Of a DNA stretch of 42,776 nt, positions 1 to 7,938 are shown piece by piece. The translations under genes and the position numbers were made by a program. The stretch spans positions 1,720 through 44,495 of the forward strand of contig CAYMAR010000003.1 of NCBI GenBank assembly GCA_964388465.1. Direction: 5' to 3'. Every line of letters begins with the position of its first letter. The stretch's first letter is position 1. Source of the DNA: an uncultured Desulfobacteraceae bacterium (lineage in GTDB: Bacteria; Desulfobacterota; Desulfobacteria; Desulfobacterales; UBA5852). The notes beneath the pieces were generated by a model that was not told where the DNA came from, ran no database searches, and saw only the letters and a program-made list of their open reading frames with translations.

Positions 1-278
1 GGCAAGCGTTCCCTGGAACCAGCAACGTAGGAACCATATCACGCCGAAGGGCTATCCGGCAATGCAGCGCGGGAGAGCGCTTTGCCGCGCCAGGCCGGCT
101 TCGGGCCCGATGGTAGGCCCCGGGAGCGGTTGTCGAAATGTCCCCCTTCGCGTCCCGCCCGAAATGGCCGGGGTTGTGCAAACCTTGCAAGGCTAGTGGG
201 CGGTATTATTTTCTCACCCAAGCGATTTTTAATGACGACATGCCTATACGATGACAACCTGCACCAAAGGAGCTGCCC

Positions 279-881
279 ATGAGTGTTCTGGTAACCAGAG
301 AAGCCCCGGATTTCACCGCACCGGCCGTTTTGCCCAACGGTACGATCGAGGAGAATTTCAAGCTTGCGGATCTGCGCGGCAAGTACATCGTGCTTTTTTT
401 CTATCCGCTGGATTTCACCTTTGTATGCCCCACCGAAATCATCGCCCATCACAAGCGCATGGCCCAGTTCAAGGAGAAGGGCGTCGAGGTGGTCGGCATT
501 TCCATCGATTCGCAGTTTTCGCACTTTGCCTGGCGTAATACACCGGTTGAAGAGGGCGGCATCGGCGCCATCGATTTTCCGCTGGTGGCCGATGTCAAGC
601 ACGAGATCGCGCGGGCTTACGGGATCGAGCATCCGGAAGCCGGGGTTGCCCTGCGGGCATCCTTTCTAATCGATCGCGACGGGGTCGTCCAACACCAGGT
701 GGTCAACAACCTCCCGCTGGGGCGGGAGGTGGATGAAATGCTGCGTCTGGTGGACGCCCTCCAATTCACCGAGGAGCATGGCGAAGTCTGTCCGGCCGGC
801 TGGCACAAAGGTGAGGGGGGGATGAAACCAACCGCTGAGGGCGTGGCGGACTATCTGAAGACCAATGTCGAAAATCTGTGA
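279..881 (+). CDS. 2-Cys peroxiredoxin (AhpC/Prx1 family thiol peroxidase)
   Basis: 200-aa ORF. Peroxidatic-Cys motif FYPLDFTFVCPTE and resolving-Cys motif GEVCPAGW. AAAGGAG Shine-Dalgarno 6 nt before the ATG. Followed by a strong terminator. Confidence 0.95.
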   Translation: MSVLVTREAPDFTAPAVLPNGTIEENFKLADLRGKYIVLFFYPLDFTFVCPTEIIAHHKRMAQFKEKGVEVVGISIDSQFSHFAWRNTPVEEGGIGAIDFPLVADVKHEIARAYGIEHPEAGVALRASFLIDRDGVVQHQVVNNLPLGREVDEMLRLVDALQFTEEHGEVCPAGWHKGEGGMKPTAEGVADYLKTNVENL

Positions 882-906
882 CCCATTTCAAACGGCAAAT
901 GACGGT

Positions 907-944
907 CTAAGGCCTGCGCGTCGGCGCAGGCCTTAGGTTTTTTT
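907..944 (+). terminator. Rho-independent terminator after the peroxiredoxin gene
   Basis: Perfect 13-bp stem CTAAGGCCTGCGC / GCGCAGGCCTTAG (907-919 / 924-936) with a 4-nt loop, then G + TTTTTTT (938-944). Confidence 0.9.
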
Positions 945-1023
945 GGGGGGCGTTAAGGTTGCGCGGGGATCCTGGGGGAGCCCATTACCGCCGTTGGCGC
1001 CGGCTGCCGGTATGACTCCCGAC

Positions 1024-1050
1024 TTGACGGCGCACGGCCGTGATTATACT
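1024..1050 (+). promoter_or_regulatory. Putative sigma70-type promoter for the 76-aa ORF / FIST-PP2C unit
   Basis: TTGACG (1024-1029) and TATACT (1045-1050). The spacer is only 15 nt, which is suboptimal. It lies about 45 nt upstream of the ATG at 1097. Confidence 0.35.
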
Positions 1051-1096
1051 ATCAGCTTGAAGTTTCGCTCCGTATTGCAACCGGAGGTCTGAAGCC

Positions 1097-1327
1097 ATGA
1101 TCGTCGAATCCCCGCCGGCAAAAACCACCCGCAGCTGGGTGGAAAAACGCAATCGGTGCTTCGCCGACCGACGCTCGGGCGTCGAGCGGCGGGTATTCTA
1201 CAGCATCGATTATTTTATCGCCGGCGGCCCGGAGCGGCGGAGTGGGGCCGATCGCCGCAGCGGCATCGAACGCCGCCGTGCCTGGAGCAAAGACGGCCAG
1301 CCCTGCATCAACCCATCCACCGAATAG
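1097..1327 (+). CDS. Small Arg-rich protein with repeated RRSGx(D/E)RR motifs (uncharacterised)
   Basis: 76-aa ORF with GGAGG 9 nt upstream of the ATG and GC-rich third codon positions. Motifs are DRRSGVERR (res 24-32) and ERRSGADRRSGIERRR (res 46-61). I recognise no characterised family. Confidence 0.6.
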   Translation: MIVESPPAKTTRSWVEKRNRCFADRRSGVERRVFYSIDYFIAGGPERRSGADRRSGIERRRAWSKDGQPCINPSTE

Positions 1328-1454
1328 GCGGAGCCCCCGCTTTCTTCAACGTACGTCGTCGCATAGCAAGGCCTGCTGAATTGGATGCGCTCACCGCCGA
1401 TTGCGTCGGGTGTTCTGCGGGTCGTCCGCCGTTGACCTGTTGGGAGGCGTGCGC

Positions 1455-3638
1455 GTGAGAGTCATCGTCGGACAGGCGGAAGATATCGACACCCTCAAGG
1501 CGGTTCGACGTGTTATCTTCCAGTGCCAGACACAATTGGGCGGACAGATGCCCCGCGCGGCGATCCTGCTGGCCGGGGTTGAATACGACCATGCGATCGT
1601 GCTCCAGGCCGTTCAGGCGGCCTTCCCCGAAATGCCCCTGGCGGGCTGTACCACGGCCGGCGAGATGGCCTCTGTCAACGGATTCAGCGACGATTCCCTG
1701 GTGTTGATGCTGTTTTGCTCGGACCAGTTGGCTTTCGGGGTAGGGTTGGGAACGTCGATGTCCCGCAACCCGGAGGCCGCCGTGGCCCGTGCCCTGGAGA
1801 TGGCTCGCAATGGCCTGCCGGGTCCCGAACAGTTGTGCCTGGTATTCTGTGAAGGCATCGTGGCGCCCGCCCATGAAGCGGTGCAGGCGCTGAACCGAAA
1901 GGTCGCCCAAGGCTGCCCGGTATTCGGGGGGGTGGCGGCGCATCCCTGGCATCTGGAAACCCGGCCCCGGCAGTTCTGCGGACACGCTGCCCACGAAGAT
2001 GCGATCGTCGTCCTTCTCATCCAGGGTCCGGTGGCCTACCGCTTCAGCCTGAGCAACAGCTGGCAGCCGGTGGGCAAGCGCGCCCCGGTGGCGGCGCGCG
2101 TCGGCCAAGAAGTGCGCATGATCGGCGATCAGCCGGCCCTGGAATTCTATCGCCACTACCTCGGCCCCCATTCGCATCCGGTCCTTGAATTCCCTCTGGC
2201 CGTGCATTCGCCCGAAAGCCGCCGCTTTTACATTCTGGCGCCGATCGGATACGACGAGCAGACCGGCGGGGTCCGTTTTGCCGTGCCCATCCAGGAGGGC
2301 CAAATCGTTCAACTGACCGAGGTTACCCGGGAGCGCATGATTTCGGACGTGAGGCAGACCCTCGCGGCCGAAGCGGTTGGGCCGGAAGACGACTGGCAAC
2401 CGGCCGCGGGGCTGGTTTTTTCCTGTGCCACCCGAAAGCATATTCTCGGCACCCAGACGCCTGAAGAAATCGCGCTGCTGCAGAATCATTTTCCTATGGG
2501 CATCGCCCTGGCCGGATTCTATTCCTTTGGTGAAATCAGCCCTCTGGCGGCGGCGGGACCCAGTTTCCTGCACAACTGCACTTTTGTCACGCTGCTGCTG
2601 GGGGAACGCCGCGCAGCGGTCACGCGGGAGACGACGATGCCGGCAAGCGCCGGCTTGGACGCCGACCCGTCCGAAGAGACCTCGCGCGATGATCTTCAGC
2701 GCCGGGTGGCGTTTTTGCAGCGCCAACTGAAGCGCTCCGAATTCTACCGCCAGCGCCTCGAGTCCCACAAGGAGCTGTCGGCCTCGCTGCTTCGCAAGAT
2801 CAACCGCGAAATCAACCAGGCCCGTCTGGAAATCAAGCAGAAGAATGAAATGCTGCGCCACACTCTGGCCCTGGCCGATGAAATTCAGAAAAACCTGCTG
2901 CCGGCCGAAGCGCCCTGGAGCCCGTTTTTCGATATCGCCGGGCAGAGCCTATTCTGCAGTGAAACGGGCGGCGATTACTTCGACTACCTGCAGGTCGCGG
3001 ATCGAACGGACGGCCATATCGGGGTGGTCGTCGGGGATGTCAGCGGGCACGGCGTCGAGGCCGCTTTGCTGATGACCACGGTGCGGGCCTTGCTGCGCCT
3101 GAGCATCGCACGGGGAGGGGCGCTTGATCGCATCGTCAACGATGTCAACCGGCATTTGGCCGAGGATGTGGGCCAATCCGGCCGGTTCATGACCCTGTGC
3201 CTGCTGCGCCTGCTCCCGGAGACCGGTGAGATGGAATGGGTACGGGCCGGGCACGAGCCGGCCGTCTGGTACGATCCCGCCCGCGACCGCCTGGTGGAGT
3301 TAATGGGGGCCGGGACCGCCCTCGGGGTGGATGCCGATTTCCGTTACAGCCTGAACCGCCAGGCGGGCCTGGCACCGGGTCAGATTGTCTTCCTGGCCAC
3401 CGACGGCCTGTGGGAAACCAGAAATCCGCAGGGCGCCTTTTTCGGCAAGCGGGCGGTTCACGACGTCATCCGGCAAAACAGCCAGGCGCCGGCCGCGGTC
3501 ATCGTCGAACAACTCTTGGACGGTATGCATCGGTTCCGCGGCCCGAACCCACTCGAGGATGACGTGACGCTGGTGGTCATTAAAATCAAATCCCTACCCG
3601 AAATGACGCCGGCCGGTCACTGGTACCCGTCCATCTGA
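1455..3638 (+). CDS. FIST-domain sensor fused to a coiled coil and a SpoIIE/PP2C-family Ser/Thr phosphatase
   Basis: The N-terminal ~400 aa look like FIST_N/FIST_C. A coiled-coil linker follows (LQRRVAFLQRQLKRSEFYRQRLESHKEL...). The C-terminal PP2C/SpoIIE motifs are GGDYFDY, GDVSGHGVEAALLM, ATDGLWE and DDVTLVVIK. The start was moved to the GTG at 1455 (GGGAGG at 1442-1447); the track's TTG at 1401 is also possible. Confidence 0.85.
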   Translation: MRVIVGQAEDIDTLKAVRRVIFQCQTQLGGQMPRAAILLAGVEYDHAIVLQAVQAAFPEMPLAGCTTAGEMASVNGFSDDSLVLMLFCSDQLAFGVGLGTSMSRNPEAAVARALEMARNGLPGPEQLCLVFCEGIVAPAHEAVQALNRKVAQGCPVFGGVAAHPWHLETRPRQFCGHAAHEDAIVVLLIQGPVAYRFSLSNSWQPVGKRAPVAARVGQEVRMIGDQPALEFYRHYLGPHSHPVLEFPLAVHSPESRRFYILAPIGYDEQTGGVRFAVPIQEGQIVQLTEVTRERMISDVRQTLAAEAVGPEDDWQPAAGLVFSCATRKHILGTQTPEEIALLQNHFPMGIALAGFYSFGEISPLAAAGPSFLHNCTFVTLLLGERRAAVTRETTMPASAGLDADPSEETSRDDLQRRVAFLQRQLKRSEFYRQRLESHKELSASLLRKINREINQARLEIKQKNEMLRHTLALADEIQKNLLPAEAPWSPFFDIAGQSLFCSETGGDYFDYLQVADRTDGHIGVVVGDVSGHGVEAALLMTTVRALLRLSIARGGALDRIVNDVNRHLAEDVGQSGRFMTLCLLRLLPETGEMEWVRAGHEPAVWYDPARDRLVELMGAGTALGVDADFRYSLNRQAGLAPGQIVFLATDGLWETRNPQGAFFGKRAVHDVIRQNSQAPAAVIVEQLLDGMHRFRGPNPLEDDVTLVVIKIKSLPEMTPAGHWYPSI

Positions 3639-3808
3639 GGGTGCCTTCCGAGCCCCGGGGGTATGCTAAGCATTGAGACGCATCGCGGCAGGGACGGTTG
3701 CCCATCCCCAGTGTTTTCGCTATGGTATGCGAATCTGGTCGATAGGGCATTTTCCAACCCGGTGCAGCCTTCCTGAACCCGGCACCGGCAAGCGAAAGGC
3801 GAGCCGCT

Positions 3809-4081
3809 ATGAATATCACTTGGCGCAGGATCGGTATGATCCTGTTAGTTGTCGGACTCCTGGCCTTATGGGGTTGCAGCCGCAAGGTCAACCAGGAGAA
3901 CTACAAGAAGATCAAGATCGGCATGAGCTACGAAGAGGTTACGGCGATTATAGGGGAACCGGTCGCGTGCGAGTCGGTTCTGGGCGTCCAAAGCTGCGAC
4001 TGGGGTGACGAAACGCGCGCGATCAATATCAAGTTTGCCGCTGACAATGTCGTCTTCCGTTCGGCCAAGGGCCTGCTGTAG
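3809..4081 (+). CDS. Small lipoprotein (BamE/SmpA-like or DUF3862-like fold)
   Basis: 90 aa. Signal peptide with lipobox LLALWG-C. The remainder, KIKIGMSYEEVTAIIGEP...C...C, is typical of small outer-membrane lipoproteins. Confidence 0.7.
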   Translation: MNITWRRIGMILLVVGLLALWGCSRKVNQENYKKIKIGMSYEEVTAIIGEPVACESVLGVQSCDWGDETRAINIKFAADNVVFRSAKGLL

Positions 4082-4166
4082 CCCACCGGGCCATGGCGAC
4101 ATGGCCCGCTTCCGGCCCCGGAAAAAATGCAGGCGTCCATCGATCCGTCGGCCCGGACCGATTTTT

Positions 4167-5009
4167 TCATAATCGTCGGTGACCGGGCATTCCGCCCTTC
4201 CGTCCCGCGCGGCCCGGTTTAAGTTCCAACTCGTTTGTCCAAGGGCCCCCATCGCTGGCCAGATGCGGAATCGTCTGCCAATCCATCCCCAGCAGCCCGG
4301 CCGCCCGGCGGTCCAGCGCCAGCGGATCGAAGCCGGCCAGAAGCCGGTTGAGGGGCGGATCGCAGGGCGGACCGCCCAGATGAAAGCAGGCCAGTCCGAC
4401 GCTGGCGTCCATCAGGCTCATGTCGGGCGCGCGGTGGTCGATGAGTTCCCGGATGGACCGGTGCAGGTCGTGGTGGAACTGCGCTTTTTTCCAGTGGCCG
4501 GGGTGCCCGCCGTAGTGCTGCGGCGGCAGCACCCCCATCATGTTTTTGCAGGTTCCGGTGATTTCCGCCAGGGAGTGGGCTTTCAAGACCGGTACGGATA
4601 TCAGGTAGTGCGCCAAGACGACTTCCGGCAGCCGCATTTCGGGAAAAAGCGTGCAGGACGCGTTGACGCTGCGGCGCAGGGGGGCGGTGTTCAGGTCGAC
4701 CAGGCGAACGTTCTTGCGCGCGGCCAGGGCCTCGTATCCCAGGGCGGCGAACACTTCCGGGGTCTCACAGCCGGCGTCGCCGCAGCCCTCGGCAATGACG
4801 ATGTCGGCCGTCGAACAATCACGGATGTAGTCGATCAGGGCTTCGCAACACGCCGCCGGGGTGGTGACCGGGTGGGGGTCGGCATTGATCAGGTTGGGTT
4901 TGATCAGAACGGCATCCTGCCGGCTGAGGACGTCGGCGGCCCCGATCCGATTCAGGACTTCCGGGACGGATTCGGCATAGGAGCGAAAGTTGACGCTGGC
5001 GACAGTCAT
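4167..5009 (-). CDS. DUF362 domain-containing protein
   Basis: The N-terminus MTVASVNFRSYAESVPEVLNRIG...AVLIKPNL and the later GC..GC and VPVLKAH segments match my memory of DUF362. The start was trimmed to the ATG at 5009, since the track start at 5066 lies inside an inverted-repeat arm. Confidence 0.75.
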   Translation of the reverse strand: MTVASVNFRSYAESVPEVLNRIGAADVLSRQDAVLIKPNLINADPHPVTTPAACCEALIDYIRDCSTADIVIAEGCGDAGCETPEVFAALGYEALAARKNVRLVDLNTAPLRRSVNASCTLFPEMRLPEVVLAHYLISVPVLKAHSLAEITGTCKNMMGVLPPQHYGGHPGHWKKAQFHHDLHRSIRELIDHRAPDMSLMDASVGLACFHLGGPPCDPPLNRLLAGFDPLALDRRAAGLLGMDWQTIPHLASDGGPWTNELELKPGRAGRKGGMPGHRRL

Positions 5010-5052
5010 ATCAAACGCCTTTTGGGATTTAACGTCATCATTGCGAAAGTCT

Positions 5053-5176
5053 TGACGGTTCGCCATATTGTCAAGATCAAGGCTTGCGAGCCCCGAGAAG
5101 CGAGGCGTACTTGACGTACGTCGCAGCGACGAGGGGCGAAGCCTAACGCCGATATTGCCAATATGGCGAACCGTCA
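5053..5176. repeat. 124-nt quasi-palindromic intergenic element closed by an 18-bp perfect inverted repeat
   Basis: TGACGGTTCGCCATATTG (5053-5070) is the exact reverse complement of CAATATGGCGAACCGTCA (5159-5176). Inner complementary blocks are AGGCTT/AAGCCT and CCCC/GGGG. A central 10-bp palindrome GACGTACGTC lies at 5113-5122. Confidence 0.85.
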
Positions 5177-6205
5177 GCGGAAGCGCCGCATGTTGGGGCG
5201 CGCCAGGATTTCGGGATCATCGCTCAGGAATTGCCTCAATACCTTCCTTACCCCGGCCAGGTCGGGGGGACGGCACAGGCGACCGTACATAAAATGACCG
5301 TAGCGGAAGTTGGCGGTCAAATAGGCGGCGTAGCGATGGAAGCGGCGTCTCCCGGTTTGCGGCCCGTAGCAGGCCTCCAGCCATTCGGTCAGTTCCAGCG
5401 CGCTATGCAGATAAACTTCCGCGCTCGGTCGATAATCTGACGTCCATTCGGCGAAAATCCAGGGCCGGGCCAGGGCCAGGCGCCCCAGCGCGACCCCGTC
5501 GCAATCCGTGCGTGCGAGCATAAGGGCGCAGTCGCGGCGATCAAATACGTCCCCGTTGCCGATGACCGGTATGCCCACGGCCGCCTTAACCCGGCCGATG
5601 TAATCCCAGCGCGGCGGCCGCGTCCGGCGGTCGGGCGCCACCCGGGGGTGATAGGTCAGGGCGTCCGCGCCGGCGTCTTCGAAATGTCGGGCCAGGGAAA
5701 CAGCGCTCCGAGGATCATCCTGCCATCCCGTGCGAAACTTGACGAAGACGGGTATCGATACGGCCCGGCGAATCGCGTGGACGATGGCCGCCGCCCGTGC
5801 CGGCGTCTTGAGCAGGGCAGCGCCGCAGCCTTTTTTGCAGACGGCTGCCACGGCGCATCCGAAATTGATGTCGACCCCGAAAAAACCATTGTCCGCGACG
5901 ATGGCCGCCGCCCGTGCCATGGTGGCGGGGTCGTTGCCGAAAAGCTGGCAGACCAGTCGCGAGAGGTCCTCATCCGGTCGCCAGGTGAAGCCGCCCTGGT
6001 CGTGTCCATTGCCGCAGGGTACCGACCCGGCCCAGCACATCTCCGAAAAGAGCAATCCGCAGCCACCAAAATCGGCCACGATTTTGCGAAAGGCGGTATT
6101 GCCCAGTTTGGCCATGGGGGCCATGAAAAGCCGGCCCTGAGCCTCACGATTGCCGATAGAAAGGGGGGCGGCCAGAAAATGGCGGAGTGTGTGTTCGGTG
6201 ATCAT
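5174..6205 (-). CDS. dus: tRNA-dihydrouridine synthase (Dus family)
   Basis: 343 aa. Contains LFMAPMAKLGNTAFR, FFGVDINFGC and the active-site Cys region KKGCGAALL, with a TIM-barrel-like layout. Confidence 0.85.
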   Translation of the reverse strand: MITEHTLRHFLAAPLSIGNREAQGRLFMAPMAKLGNTAFRKIVADFGGCGLLFSEMCWAGSVPCGNGHDQGGFTWRPDEDLSRLVCQLFGNDPATMARAAAIVADNGFFGVDINFGCAVAAVCKKGCGAALLKTPARAAAIVHAIRRAVSIPVFVKFRTGWQDDPRSAVSLARHFEDAGADALTYHPRVAPDRRTRPPRWDYIGRVKAAVGIPVIGNGDVFDRRDCALMLARTDCDGVALGRLALARPWIFAEWTSDYRPSAEVYLHSALELTEWLEACYGPQTGRRRFHRYAAYLTANFRYGHFMYGRLCRPPDLAGVRKVLRQFLSDDPEILARPNMRRFR

Positions 6206-6339
6206 GGCATTTTCGACCGGGTCGGTGCGGCCCCGGCATCATTCGGATTACCCGGCTTATACCGTGGATATTGCTCGACGGCAACCGGGCGTCGGTAACG
6301 CTCGTAGGCTGCGACCGGGACGGGATGATTCGAGGGGGT

Positions 6340-7812
6340 TCAATGCGGATAGATCCGGTTGAACAGCTGATTGGCCGCGTCGGGGTCCAGTTTTTGGAGA
6401 ATCTTGTACTGGGCCAGCGCGGCGTCGCGTTCGCCGTTTTCCAGGTAGATGATGCCCATTTGCACATGCGCGGGAACGAAATCCGGGTCGCTGCGGATGG
6501 CTTCCTTGTAGGCCTCGGTTTCGCGCGTGCGATCGTCGAGATTCGCGTAGACCCGCCCGAGGCCGTAATGGGAGGGGGCGAATCCCGGTTTGATTTTCAG
6601 AACGGTCTCATGCGCCGCGATGGCCTGCGGGTAGAGGCCCAACGCGTTGGAGACGATACCCAGGCGAAAATGGGCCGGCCAGAAGTCGGGCTTGCGGGCG
6701 ATAATGTCGTCATAGGCGCTTTTTTCCTCCTCGCGGCGGCCCAACTGCCCGTAGGCCAGGGCCAGATTGTAGCGGGCCGGGATGTGATCGGCTTTGAGCG
6801 CCAGGGCCTCCTTGAGGGTGTCCACGGCCTCGGCATAGCGCTCCAGGGTGAGGTAGTAATGGCCGAGCGTGTAATGCGCGTTGGGGTTTTCCGGATCCTT
6901 GGCGATGACCTGCCGGTAGGCCGCAATGGCCTCGCCGGGCTGGTCCAGGCCAACGTAGCAATTGCCCAGGCCATACCAAGCCTCGGCATCTTCGGGTTGG
7001 TCTTCGACCGCCTCGCGAAAATAGATCAGGGCCTGATTGTATTCGCCCCGGATCGTGGCGGCCACACCCTTGCGGCACAGATCCTGGACGACCCTCGGTT
7101 GGTGCCGGACCTGGTCATAAGTCCATTCGGCCACGGAGGTTTCGGTGGCCAGCGCCTCGAGCTTCAACAGGTTCTCGGTGGCCACGGCAAAATTGAGATT
7201 CTGTCCGGTCTGCGCCTGAAAACTGACCACCCCGATGACGCGGCCCTGGGCATTGACCACCGGGCCGCCGCTGGAGCCCTTGGAGATCGGCGCCGACATT
7301 TGAAAGATGGTGCCGACCCCGGGAAGGTCCCGGATGGCCGAGACGATTCCTTCGCTGACCGTGTGCTCCAGGCCCAGTGGACTGCCCACCACGACCACCC
7401 TGTCGGCGATATCCGGCGGCGCCGGCTCCACCTCGAGCCAGCGGACCTTTGTGGACGGGATGTCCACGGCCACCTTGATGAGATCGACGGCCTTGTTGGC
7501 GGCCAGGACACGGGTGATTTCGTGGGTGGTGCCGTCATGGGTCTTGACCGTGGCGCCATGCGCACCTTCGAGGACGTGATGGTTGGTAATCAGATGCCCC
7601 TGCGGATTGATGAAAAAGCCGGTTCCCAAACCCGCCGCGTTCCGATCGGCGTCGAACGTCCGGATGGTAACGACCGCGGGCTGGACCTCGCTGACCACCT
7701 GGCTGACGGGTTGAAGCTCAACGTTCGGCCGGGGCTGGCCCGTGGAACAACCTGCGACGGCGGCCATGACGATCGCCGCACCCAAGTAGATTATGTTTTT
7801 TAGCCGTCTCAT
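6340..7812 (-). CDS. Lipoprotein: trypsin-like S1 serine protease domain fused to C-terminal TPR repeats
   Basis: Lipobox AAVAG-C. Catalytic triad contexts are ITNHHV (His), DLIKV (Asp) and GSSGGPV (Ser). It has no PDZ domain. Residues ~240-490 are repeated TPR units (AEAWYGLGNCY, NAHYTLGHYY, PARYNLALAY, PAHFRLGIV, PSHYGLGRVY, PAHVQMGIIY). Start at the ATG at 7812. Confidence 0.85.
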   Translation of the reverse strand: MRRLKNIIYLGAAIVMAAVAGCSTGQPRPNVELQPVSQVVSEVQPAVVTIRTFDADRNAAGLGTGFFINPQGHLITNHHVLEGAHGATVKTHDGTTHEITRVLAANKAVDLIKVAVDIPSTKVRWLEVEPAPPDIADRVVVVGSPLGLEHTVSEGIVSAIRDLPGVGTIFQMSAPISKGSSGGPVVNAQGRVIGVVSFQAQTGQNLNFAVATENLLKLEALATETSVAEWTYDQVRHQPRVVQDLCRKGVAATIRGEYNQALIYFREAVEDQPEDAEAWYGLGNCYVGLDQPGEAIAAYRQVIAKDPENPNAHYTLGHYYLTLERYAEAVDTLKEALALKADHIPARYNLALAYGQLGRREEEKSAYDDIIARKPDFWPAHFRLGIVSNALGLYPQAIAAHETVLKIKPGFAPSHYGLGRVYANLDDRTRETEAYKEAIRSDPDFVPAHVQMGIIYLENGERDAALAQYKILQKLDPDAANQLFNRIYPH

Positions 7813-7938
7813 ACGTTTGCCCCTTACCTGAAAACGCACCCGATTTTGGCTCAAGGTAAGGCGCTGCGCCGGGGGCTGTCAATCCAAAGGCGATGACGAT
7901 TCGGGAAAAGGCGGGCGGCGAGGTCCGGGAGGAAGCGG

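Noticed and set aside
279-881. Looked for selenocysteine (in-frame TGA) recoding, prompted by selA in the window, for example in the peroxiredoxin
   Set aside because: The peroxiredoxin uses Cys at both redox positions. None of the recognised genes requires read-through of a TGA to reach family-typical length.
1308-2861. 517-aa minus-strand ORF antisense to the FIST-PP2C gene
   Set aside because: The translation is R/G/A/Q-rich low complexity with no recognisable motif. The + strand frame carries clear FIST and SpoIIE motifs. This is a typical GC-rich shadow ORF.
6271-7803. 510-aa plus-strand ORF antisense to the protease-TPR gene
   Set aside because: No domain signature, and it is G/R/D/V-rich. 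The opposite strand encodes a complete catalytic triad and TPR repeats.
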